Shown here: positions 40,617 through 48,929 of the stretch, piece after piece
Position numbering within the stretch: the first letter of the stretch is position 1
Layout: each line of letters begins with the position of its first letter
Assembly: GCA_964457085.1 (NCBI GenBank)
Contig: CAYWDM010000001.1
Coordinates: 111,690-175,689, forward strand
Length of the DNA stretch: 64,000 nucleotides
Source of the DNA: an uncultured Pseudomonadales bacterium
GTDB lineage: Bacteria; Patescibacteriota; Microgenomatia; UBA1400; PJMF01
Direction: 5' to 3'
Notes under the pieces: model-generated
Told to the model about the DNA's origin: nothing
The model's input: the letters and a program-made list of their open reading frames with translations, nothing else
Database searches by the model: none
Made by a program: the position numbers and the translations under genes

Positions 40617-41318
40617 CTCAGTTTCTGCCTGATTTCCAGCCTTATCAACCACTTTAATCTTGAGTTTGTTCTCACCCTCACTCAGCGAGTAGAGGATGGA
40701 GAAACTACCATCTGCCTTGGCATAATTGAGACGATCATTCACGTAGACTTTTGCATCTGGTTTTGCCATCCCTTTGATCGTCAAGTTTTGATTCTTGCGA
40801 CCTTCAATTTGTGCACCTGCAGCAGGTTCATCAACCTTGATTTCAACTGGCAGGTTGTCCATGTAGACTTGGTAGGTAATTGATTTTGCAGATTCATTTC
40901 CAGCACCATCCACGCCATACACTTCCAAACCATTTTCACCCTGATCGAGTCTTAAGTCTTGAGTAAAAGTGCCGTCAGCACCTGCTTTCACACGGCTAAT
41001 CTCACTACCATTTAATACAAACACAACAGAAGAATCTGCCTCTGCAAATCCAGAGAGTGCTACAGAAGCACTGCTGGTCGCATCAAGTGGAGCAGCCAAA
41101 ATAGGAATTTGAGGTGGCATCTGGTCACTCACGTCCATGCCTTTGTTGCTGTCCAGAAACTTGAAAAAGAATTTAATGGCGTTGGGCATAATCACCACCA
41201 CAAACACACCCAAGATTACTATGCCCAATACCACAAACCAAACAGTTTGTAGAACTAACTGTCGTTGTTCTTTTTTTACTAATCTAGAGGAAACGTGATG
41301 CACTGGTTCTGGAGTCAT
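40593..41318 (-). CDS. Membrane-anchored protein with tandem bacterial Ig-like repeats (hypothetical)
   Basis: N-terminal TM helix. Two ~70 aa repeats (..VKAGADGTFTQDLRLDQGENGLEVYGVD.. / ..AKADGSFSILYSLSEGENKLKIKVVD..). Confidence 0.45.
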   Translation of the reverse strand: MTPEPVHHVSSRLVKKEQRQLVLQTVWFVVLGIVILGVFVVVIMPNAIKFFFKFLDSNKGMDVSDQMPPQIPILAAPLDATSSASVALSGFAEADSSVVFVLNGSEISRVKAGADGTFTQDLRLDQGENGLEVYGVDGAGNESAKSITYQVYMDNLPVEIKVDEPAAGAQIEGRKNQNLTIKGMAKPDAKVYVNDRLNYAKADGSFSILYSLSEGENKLKIKVVDKAGNQAETELIVQFRF

Positions 41319-41370
41319 AAGACTATTCTAGCAGAAGTGCAAAATGGGAGTTAGTATCCTCATGAAAATG

Positions 41371-41443
41371 AGCCAGAGGTGGGAATCGAACCCACGACCT
41401 ACGGTTTACGATACCGCCGCTCTACCAACTGAGCTACACTGGC
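41371..41443 (-). tRNA. tRNA-Thr (anticodon CGU)
   Basis: Folded by hand: acceptor GCCAGTG/CTCTGGC (one T-T mismatch), D-arm GCTC/GAGC with AGTTGGTA loop, anticodon arm GCGGT/ACCGT with loop ATCGTAA, T-arm GTGGG/CCCAC with loop TTCGATT. The overlapping plus-strand ORF 41344-41694 is spurious. Confidence 0.85.
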
Positions 41444-41532
41444 TAACTGGTGCATTGTACAAAAGATATCAGGGGAGAGCAAATAAATTACTGGCAAATT
41501 TAAAAAAATTAAGCCAAATAAGGATTATTCAA

Positions 41533-41556
41533 GGGGTGCGACTTACGCCGCACCCC
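41533..41556 (-). terminator. Rho-independent terminator
   Basis: GGGGTGCG / CGCACCCC stem with an 8-nt loop, followed on the minus strand by a U-rich tract. Confidence 0.5.
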
Positions 41557-41565
41557 AAGAAAAAA

Positions 41566-41760
41566 CTACTCTTTCTTTTTCTCCTTCGGTTGAACAACCC
41601 CACGGGTTGCCTTATCAACACCAACGAGTTGCGCGATGCCCCAAAGAGCAAGCAATACCTCGTCGATGAAACCAGGAACAAAAAGAGCGACTAAACCAAG
41701 CACAAGGAAAAGCAAAATGCGCTTGGCTGGGGACAGCGAACCTATCCCTTTGAAATTCAT
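41566..41760 (-). CDS. Small membrane protein (64 aa)
   Basis: Strong AGGAGG RBS 8 nt upstream of the ATG. Two hydrophobic helices. Confidence 0.5.
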   Translation of the reverse strand: MNFKGIGSLSPAKRILLFLVLGLVALFVPGFIDEVLLALWGIAQLVGVDKATRGVVQPKEKKKE

Positions 41761-41786
41761 AGAACTGCCTCCTTACTGAATGATGA

Positions 41787-43004
41787 TTAGTAGATCGGAG
41801 TGCTGTTACGCTCCGCATAACTAATTAGCCGCTTGTGAGCAGCCAATGAGCCATCTTTCTCGCCCGTTACAGCCCAGATCTCACCATTGACTAGTGCGAT
41901 CTCAGCTTGCTGAGGGTTTGTGGTAAAGCGCTCAAACCGCCGAGTACGGGTTTGCGATACATCTACCTTTGGATAGGGAGCCATCGGTAAACCGGTGAGC
42001 ACCCACTTCGAGGTGGTACCGCTGTCCATGGTTTCATCCGTGAAAGCGGCCTCGGACGATTTCTTGTCCTTAGCAGCCAACAAAACAGACGAAACTACAG
42101 TCAACGAACGGTCTCCAAAATCCCCAGCCACTCCCAATAGTTCTGAAACATACTGGATAGAGCTGGTATAGATACCGCCTGAGATCATGCCACCTTCAGC
42201 CGCCACAACCGTGGATCGACTGTGTGCCATAACAGCACGGGTAACAGAATCGCAAATAAACACCACATCATATCCTGCTTGTGTAAGTCGACGAGCTCGC
42301 TTCACAGCAAACTCGAAAACCTGCACCTGGATATGCAATGGATCCTCACGAGGAGAAGTGAAGAATTCACCACGCTCAGGACCAACCAGATCCCAAACTT
42401 TTTTGTAATCGGTGAAGTCTTCAGATCTTTCTCCTAGATGAAGAACAATGGGATACAACTTCGCATCTTCTTTCGTAAGACGAAGCAGTGCTTCCCATAA
42501 TGCCAGCAGAACGCTGGTTTTACCACTGCCGCCTGGGGCGGCTAGGTAAATGGACTGGCCTTTGCCAATCGGGGCCAACAAAGTCAGCACCCGCAAAGAC
42601 AAATTGCCAAACTTTTCCACTCTCAAAGGACGAGTGGGATAGTTGGCCCCGAGAAATATACGCTTGTCGCGCAAATCCTCAGCCTCGCCAACGATCCGTG
42701 GCCACGCAGAGACCATTGCTGGATCTGTGCAGCCATTAACCGAGATGATGCTGTCTGGACTCTCGGAACTGAGTTCAACCAAATCGCCTTCTTCCAGATT
42801 CCACCTTAACACCACCGATGGACTAACCACCAGTGAATATTGAGGAGCATTGGGAGATTGCGCTTGGTCAATCAGATGCTGACGCCGGTGAGTTCTGAGT
42901 TTCCCCAGATTTCCCGGTATTAACGTTGTGAGTGGCGGCACGCGTTCCCCGTAAACGAGGACTGCGTTTGGATCCACTCCTTGCTGAAGCACCCATGCTT
43001 TCAA
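41787..43004 (-). CDS. Divergent Rho-family RecA-like ATPase (transcription termination factor Rho homolog)
   Basis: [31 protein letters not shown] versus Rho [40 protein letters not shown] versus [38 protein letters not shown] versus HVQVAEMVIEKAKRLVE..VIILLDSITRL. TTG start with an AGGAGGTG RBS. Higher GC than the surrounding genes. Confidence 0.65.
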   Translation of the reverse strand: [405 protein letters not shown]

Positions 43005-43219
43005 GGTTCACCTCCTGAGTGACTGAATGGGGTTTGACTCACCTCGCCTCTTTTTAAGGCATAGGGGAAAACTTAGTCCTATCAATTAATTTCAATAAGA
43101 CAAACTTTTCCCCTGTGCCAAATAATCCTTATTTGGCTGTTAAAGAACAAACACAACAAGAGAGCTTGGCCAACGGGCAAGGGGTGGAAAACCACCCCAA
43201 GCCCGAAGACACAAACTAA

Positions 43220-44401
43220 CTAACTTTCACGGAATGCGGGCCAGGGGTTTTCCATGGCTGGTGCATCGGTAGATGCAGGGATGACGGATTGACCATTTCT
43301 TCGATCCCAAATTCCAGGATCATCAGCTGTCAACAAGTCAATTACTTTGCCATCCTTTCCAACTTTTGCCCTTAGGGCCTCAAGATCAGCCACTTTGAAA
43401 GTGCCTGTTCTTAGGTTTCCTTGGAGCCCAACCTTGATTTTCTCTGCTTCCACAGCCAGAGCTCTAATGATTTGATTGGTCGACATGCACCAATCAACGC
43501 CACCAATGATGTTTGTGGCAAACTGCATGGCACTGGGAATGATTAGATACCCTGTGCCACTCTTCGAGTATAACAAGCGATTCCAGAGGTCCTGGAGGGC
43601 ACCAGTTCTACTCGGTCCCATGTTTTTGGTTAATCTGTCGATATCAGTTCCAGCCAATAACTCTTTGCAAGGAATTAGATCACCAAATGAAGCATCTGGA
43701 TCTTTCCCAAACAAAGTTGGCCTGACATTTATCTCCACCATAAACATGTTTGTGATTACCAACCGAGAATGCCGAGATTCCCAAGCTTTCACCCAATAGA
43801 TCAAGGGTAAAATGAAAAATGGCACTACGAAACCAACTAGAAAGTACCAGTAGTTCATTTCTGGCACCACTTCGCTGATCAACCCGGTGGTAACAATGAC
43901 ATAGAATCTATAGAGAAACTCTACAATGACGACCAATAGTCCGAAGACAAAGCCGGCACCAACAGCAGCCAGACTGGATGAGAACGTTACCCAACCAGCT
44001 GTTGCCATCAAATTCTTGTCAATGACAAGTTGGAGCTTTTCTCCTTCCTGCATAACCCAAGGCATAGAGCTTGGGAGCCACAGAAAATCAAAAACTTTGG
44101 AGATTAGAGGCTCTACTACCCGAACTATCCAGGCAATCAGAAACCAGAAAATCACCAATCCTACCACCGTCCAACCAATAGCTAGTAGGATCCTTACGAT
44201 GTTTTCCACACGTACCTCCTTTGTGGGTGGTACTCCTCTTACTTCCATACTCGCGAGAGTTGGGGAGCAGATGAAGCACCATGAATGAAGTGGATTGACA
44301 CCGGTATCCTTCAAGAGGACACCGTCGGCCGTTCTGCTCCCTTTTTCGGAGCTAGGGCTTTGTCTCATTGTTTTTTTGTCACTGCATGTCATGGTTGACA
44401 T
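43220..44401 (-). CDS. Polytopic membrane protein (hypothetical)
   Basis: Four TM helices then a ~200 aa soluble domain. The first 40 codons lie inside the 446-bp repeat and are identical to those of the ORF at 46192-48261. The true start may be an internal Met (MEVRGVPP). Confidence 0.45.
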   Translation of the reverse strand: MSTMTCSDKKTMRQSPSSEKGSRTADGVLLKDTGVNPLHSWCFICSPTLASMEVRGVPPTKEVRVENIVRILLAIGWTVVGLVIFWFLIAWIVRVVEPLISKVFDFLWLPSSMPWVMQEGEKLQLVIDKNLMATAGWVTFSSSLAAVGAGFVFGLLVVIVEFLYRFYVIVTTGLISEVVPEMNYWYFLVGFVVPFFILPLIYWVKAWESRHSRLVITNMFMVEINVRPTLFGKDPDASFGDLIPCKELLAGTDIDRLTKNMGPSRTGALQDLWNRLLYSKSGTGYLIIPSAMQFATNIIGGVDWCMSTNQIIRALAVEAEKIKVGLQGNLRTGTFKVADLEALRAKVGKDGKVIDLLTADDPGIWDRRNGQSVIPASTDAPAMENPWPAFRES

Positions 44402-44727
44402 GTCTTGAGAAACAGTGACACAGAGCCCTAGCTATATATCTGAAAAAGAAGAGTGGAGAAACAAACCAAAAAAGAAGTTATCAGTTTTTTTATTTTAATA
44501 AAAACATCTTTGTTTTTATATATCTCTCTTGTTGTGTTGTTAAAGATCTACCAAGCAAAACAGTTGAGAACTATACGCAAACAGAGACGCAGTGTGATTT
44601 GTGTTATACAGATCACGGTCTCTGTTGCACCTCTCAACCGATTATATTTACTTGGTCACTGTTTCGACTTCGAGAAGTCTCATCAGGTCTAGGCAAAACC
44701 TAGACGACAGTGCACAACAAGAGAGTG
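44282..44727. repeat. 446-bp direct repeat, copy 1 (100% identical to 48142-48587)
   Basis: Verified block by block. Contains a hammerhead ribozyme, an AT-rich putative promoter, nested hairpins around a start codon, and 40 shared codons. Confidence 0.9.
44657..44712 (-). ncRNA. Type III hammerhead ribozyme (copy 1)
   Basis: Minus-strand RNA 5'-CACUGUC|GUCUAGG-UUUUG-CCUAGAC-CUGAUGA-GACUUCUCGAAGUC-GAAA-CAGUG-3'. Closed stem I (7 bp), complete CUGAUGA core, stem II closed by G10.1-C11.1, GAAA, and a 6-bp stem III with a GUC cleavage triplet. Confidence 0.8.
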
Positions 44728-44767
44728 TTGCTTGGACGGAGGGAGAAGAGCACAATGCCCAACTCCC

Positions 44768-46189
44768 TCACGGTCCAATCAACGCCGGTGCCGCACTAGT
44801 CGGTACCGTTTCAAAGATGAGTAAATCACCAGATTCTGACCACTTTGCAGTGATCTCATGGTCAGTAGTATTCTCAATCACTAAATCCGCACTCTGACAA
44901 TTTATGCCCACCGTGAAGATAGGATAAAATGGATAGAAAGTGTGAGAAGGAGCTTTGGCTACTACAAGACCTGGTACTTGGCTTGCCCAGTTTTTGATGA
45001 CTGAAGCATTGGCACAAATACCACCAGCACTGATGTTTGCCGCGAATTTATATTGATCCCAGCCGGTCTCGTTCGTCTGTTGACAGAACGACCAAGTGCC
45101 ATTGGCTGGAACTACTATTGTCTGGTTTAAAGTTGACCAAAGCGCTACGTTATAGGCTTGGCCATCTGCAACCGGGACATCGCGGGTGAGATTGATTGTC
45201 AATTGCCCTGAACCAGGTACGAGTGTACCTCCAGGTAGACCAGCAGCTGCATTACCAGCTTCGGCCTGCCAATTCTCTGGCAAGAGACCCATCTCTTGGA
45301 AAAACTGAATGCTTGCTGACTGGAAAAATGCATATTCTCCAGGAGAACCAAATGATAGGCTGGTCTGGACATCAAAACCGCCCAAACCTCGACCGGCATA
45401 AATATCAGCCGTCGCTACCAACTGACGTCGGTAGGGCTCATCGTGGTTCCACCCATAAAGAACCTTCACTCTTTCCTCTACAGTCATGTCAGAGCGATAA
45501 CCCATGCGATTTACTTCATAGGCCATTGCAAAAAACATGACTTTCTGGTCCCAGAAGTCACAAGATTTGACAACCGGGTCAGTTGAGGTTTGAAGCGCCA
45601 CCTTACAGATTCGCCAAGCAGTGGTGGGAATAAACCCACCAGCACCAAGCTCACCTGCAGACGCGTGCCCCAACCAATCTGAATAATCTGACTTGATGTA
45701 TTGAGCTGCCACTGGGTTATGAGCCCGAATGTCCTGCTCTTTCCATAAAGCCAATAACTCCAGGCCAGCTTCCTTTTCTTTAGCAGCTATGAGGTTTGTG
45801 TTCCCCATTGCTGATGCAAGACCAGGCGAGCTACCCAGATTTGTTCCGCCTGCACTTTCGCCGCTATGGAGAGACTGCAAAATGGCGAGGTCAAGCTGAC
45901 CTTTCCACTGAGCGTTCACCCATGTGATTGCGGCTTGAGCGTCAGCCACAGCTGTCGGATCAAGTCCGATCGCCTTTACCGTCACCTCGTCGGTGGCAGA
46001 GAGCGAGTAGGAGAGTTCCGACCGAACCCCGAGGATCTGAGCCATCATGCGCTCATAACCCTCGGGGTTGGTATCATGTTGGTACAACAGGTAGACGAAT
46101 CCACCCATCGGAACAACACAGCTGACGACTGTGGCCACCACGATCGCAAGCAAGATGAGTTTTTTTGATAAGTTACGATGTCGCCTCAC
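44768..46189 (-). CDS. Membrane-anchored cell-wall-active protein with a lytic-transglycosylase-like region and a C-terminal VanW-like domain
   Basis: N-terminal TM helix. SGESAGG...AGELGAGGFIPTTAW resembles the SLT ES / AGAxGLMQ motifs. The C-terminus GGICANASVIKNWASQVPGLVV...YPFYP..G.DL.IEN resembles the VanW domain. Confidence 0.45.
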   Translation of the reverse strand: MRRHRNLSKKLILLAIVVATVVSCVVPMGGFVYLLYQHDTNPEGYERMMAQILGVRSELSYSLSATDEVTVKAIGLDPTAVADAQAAITWVNAQWKGQLDLAILQSLHSGESAGGTNLGSSPGLASAMGNTNLIAAKEKEAGLELLALWKEQDIRAHNPVAAQYIKSDYSDWLGHASAGELGAGGFIPTTAWRICKVALQTSTDPVVKSCDFWDQKVMFFAMAYEVNRMGYRSDMTVEERVKVLYGWNHDEPYRRQLVATADIYAGRGLGGFDVQTSLSFGSPGEYAFFQSASIQFFQEMGLLPENWQAEAGNAAAGLPGGTLVPGSGQLTINLTRDVPVADGQAYNVALWSTLNQTIVVPANGTWSFCQQTNETGWDQYKFAANISAGGICANASVIKNWASQVPGLVVAKAPSHTFYPFYPIFTVGINCQSADLVIENTTDHEITAKWSESGDLLIFETVPTSAAPALIGP

Positions 46190-46191
46190 GG

Positions 46192-48261
46192 CTAATCGCT
46201 CCTACCTAAACTCTCTACCAACACAGCTGGCAGGTGAACCTGCAAATGTGCGAGTAATTCTTGCTCGGATTCGGCTTTCCCAAATCGTCTAGGATCGTAC
46301 ACGTCAGCCATTTGATGGCCATCGTTTCCCAAACGAACGAGAATACTGCAAGACTCTACGAAACCGGCTGGGAAGTCTTTCACCAGCTCTTCCACCGAGT
46401 GAACGGTGAAATAGATATGTTGCCGATCCTTACGGACCGTATCTACAGCTTCGCGCATCTTGAGACGCGCACGTGCACCCAGTTGAGGACCGGTTTGGCC
46501 CAAAAATGAGTCTGCTGCTGATGGAAAACTCACCATGTCATCGAAAACGACATGGATTGTCCTACCACTCTCAACAGTCCACAAAGCCCACGCCTGAGTT
46601 AGTGCCTCGTAAAAGGCAAGAACCCAATTGTAGTACCGTAGGCTGTTGACCTTAGGTCTAATTGCAAGTGGCAACCAGCTTTCACCAGTTGTTCTCCACT
46701 TTTCTGCCAGTTTCCTGACAAAATCTTGAGCCTTTGCCGAATCCTTACGGAACAGCTCCTGTTCAAGATCAATGGCAGTTCTGTCGCCCTCTCCCTGATT
46801 GACATCAGGAAGATCTATTTCAACGACTTGACCACCAAAGGCTTTCGACCATTTATGACTCCCCTCCTTATCAGCGCTTTTCAACTGAACAAATACAACG
46901 TCAGCTGATTGCTGCAACATATAGAATGCTGCAAGCGTTGATTTTCCCGTCCCAGATGGACCCTCGAAAATCGTTGAGGGATACCTGGAGGCGTTCAAGA
47001 AAAAGGGTTGCTCCGGTTTTGCCAATTTACCGATCATGGCATAACCGAATGAGTGAGCTGTCTTCGGGGAGACAGATTCAGCGAGTTTGGCAAGTAGCTT
47101 CTCCGGCTTTTTAAGCAGGAAAGGTTTCCAAGCAGGTGGGGGTTGGTGACCTACCATGAAGCCAAAGTGAGCCTCACGGACTGCATTCCCAGTCAACCGC
47201 TCCCAACCTGGACCAATCAAGTCAAGCCTATCTTGAAGTGAATCAAGATTTGTTTGACCATTACTCGCAACCGCACTTTCTGCTCGAATAACTAACCGAA
47301 CATAAGCACGATTTTCAACTCTTTCGAGATGAAGCAGCACGTCAACATTGAGTGCCAATAGCTCATCGAGCTGGCGCTGCAATTCTGAGAGCTGTTTTTC
47401 AGGGTCTTTTTCCAGAGTTGCTATCACCCCAGTCCAAAACCCTAGCGCCTTACTACCTAGAAGCACATCGCTCATTCGCCAGCGGATAGCCAGCGGTGCA
47501 GCAATTAACTCGGGTTGTAAGGTGCCTGTGTACGTCATCGAAGACAGGTCAGCGTTATTTCTGCCATACTGACTTCGATTAAGCGTTGCCCGGACGAAGT
47601 TTCCTGATTCATGGTACGAAACCAGGTGACCTTCCGCAAAACGGCGCTGCTTATCTAAATGACGGCGAATGTTCAACCATGGTGCCCAAAGAACCAATTC
47701 TCTACCAAAAGGTTTTGAACCGGTGGGCACAGCCCATTCACTGACAGAAGCCAGGAATTCGGCGTATGGTTGGATCGCCTGCTTGCGTAGTTGCGCCTGG
47801 CGCAACATCTCCTTAAACGTCCCAGTGTCTTTCGGCACAGCACGAAAAAGAAGAGTAAACTCAGGCAACAATCTTGTCAGCTGCGCCAGATCAGGAACAC
47901 CACGGTTAAAATACACCGCCGCATTCCATCCCTTTTGAGCCTCATGACTGTCACTAACGTACCTACGGGAAAATCCCGCAGCGCCACCATCCAATGATGC
48001 TATCTGAAGATCGATCATTTGTCTTGATTCGACCAACTGATTTCTCACTGGTACTGGCAATTGAGAACCTAACGTGGCCACAGTACCTCCTTGTGGGGGT
48101 ACCTCGTCTCGCTCCTTTTGAGGGGAACAAAACAAAGTACCTGAATGAAGTGGATTGACACCGGTATCCTTCAAGAGGACACCGTCGGCCGTTCTGCTCC
48201 CTTTTTCGGAGCTAGGGCTTTGTCTCATTGTTTTTTTGTCACTGCATGTCATGGTTGACAT
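46192..48261 (-). CDS. P-loop NTPase, VirB4/TraC(ConE)-like ATPase candidate
   Basis: Walker A IFEGPSGTGKSTLAAF in the C-terminal half. Walker B-like HVVFDDM ~130 aa later. 689 aa. The first 40 codons are shared with the 43220-44401 ORF through the repeat. The true start may be internal. Confidence 0.45.
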   Translation of the reverse strand: MSTMTCSDKKTMRQSPSSEKGSRTADGVLLKDTGVNPLHSGTLFCSPQKERDEVPPQGGTVATLGSQLPVPVRNQLVESRQMIDLQIASLDGGAAGFSRRYVSDSHEAQKGWNAAVYFNRGVPDLAQLTRLLPEFTLLFRAVPKDTGTFKEMLRQAQLRKQAIQPYAEFLASVSEWAVPTGSKPFGRELVLWAPWLNIRRHLDKQRRFAEGHLVSYHESGNFVRATLNRSQYGRNNADLSSMTYTGTLQPELIAAPLAIRWRMSDVLLGSKALGFWTGVIATLEKDPEKQLSELQRQLDELLALNVDVLLHLERVENRAYVRLVIRAESAVASNGQTNLDSLQDRLDLIGPGWERLTGNAVREAHFGFMVGHQPPPAWKPFLLKKPEKLLAKLAESVSPKTAHSFGYAMIGKLAKPEQPFFLNASRYPSTIFEGPSGTGKSTLAAFYMLQQSADVVFVQLKSADKEGSHKWSKAFGGQVVEIDLPDVNQGEGDRTAIDLEQELFRKDSAKAQDFVRKLAEKWRTTGESWLPLAIRPKVNSLRYYNWVLAFYEALTQAWALWTVESGRTIHVVFDDMVSFPSAADSFLGQTGPQLGARARLKMREAVDTVRKDRQHIYFTVHSVEELVKDFPAGFVESCSILVRLGNDGHQMADVYDPRRFGKAESEQELLAHLQVHLPAVLVESLGRSD

Positions 48262-48587
48262 GTCTTGAGAAACAGTGACACAGAGCCCTAGCTATATATC
48301 TGAAAAAGAAGAGTGGAGAAACAAACCAAAAAAGAAGTTATCAGTTTTTTTATTTTAATAAAAACATCTTTGTTTTTATATATCTCTCTTGTTGTGTTGT
48401 TAAAGATCTACCAAGCAAAACAGTTGAGAACTATACGCAAACAGAGACGCAGTGTGATTTGTGTTATACAGATCACGGTCTCTGTTGCACCTCTCAACCG
48501 ATTATATTTACTTGGTCACTGTTTCGACTTCGAGAAGTCTCATCAGGTCTAGGCAAAACCTAGACGACAGTGCACAACAAGAGAGTG
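48142..48587. repeat. 446-bp direct repeat, copy 2
   Basis: Identical to 44282-44727 and offset by 3860 bp. Confidence 0.9.
48517..48572 (-). ncRNA. Type III hammerhead ribozyme (copy 2)
   Basis: Identical 56-nt sequence to copy 1. Confidence 0.8.
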
Positions 48588-48625
48588 AGAGAAGGTGGGC
48601 ATCTTACGACGCCCACCTCTTCACA
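48588..48625 (-). terminator. Terminator-like hairpin downstream of the 99-aa gene
   Basis: GGTGGGC..(10 nt)..GCCCACC followed on the minus strand by uucucuc. Confidence 0.4.
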
Positions 48626-48629
48626 TTTA

Positions 48630-48929
48630 CTACTGCTTTAATCTCCACTCTTCGTCTTCATGTCCTTTACCGCTTTCTTCACACTGACGCATATAGCGTC
48701 GATTTTTAATCCACCCAGGAATTCGAGTGAGCATGAAAATTACGGCAATAACTCCAAACACTTGGTACGTATATTTGGAATAATTAAACATGAGAACAAT
48801 CACGGCGCCACCAACCATAGCGATCACTTTCGTAATCAATGGCAATCCGTGCGAGCGATCGAACCACTCGTAGCGAGATCTTTTTAGCCAACGCTTGATT
48901 CCTCGAATCACTGGAGATGACGTGTTCAT
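48630..48929 (-). CDS. Small two-TM membrane protein (VirB3-like by size, topology and position; hypothetical)
   Basis: 99 aa with two hydrophobic helices. Lies immediately upstream (in operon order) of the VirB4-like ATPase. Confidence 0.4.
   Translation of the reverse strand: MNTSSPVIRGIKRWLKRSRYEWFDRSHGLPLITKVIAMVGGAVIVLMFNYSKYTYQVFGVIAVIFMLTRIPGWIKNRRYMRQCEESGKGHEDEEWRLKQ

Noticed and set aside
41344-41694. Plus-strand 116-aa ORF
   Set aside because: Completely overlaps the minus-strand tRNA-Thr and the 64-aa gene's terminator; a tRNA-shadow ORF.
44282-48587. CRISPR array or IS element for the 446-bp repeats
   Set aside because: Only two copies, 3.8 kb apart. No short-repeat/spacer periodicity, no transposase, and no terminal inverted repeats at the repeat ends.
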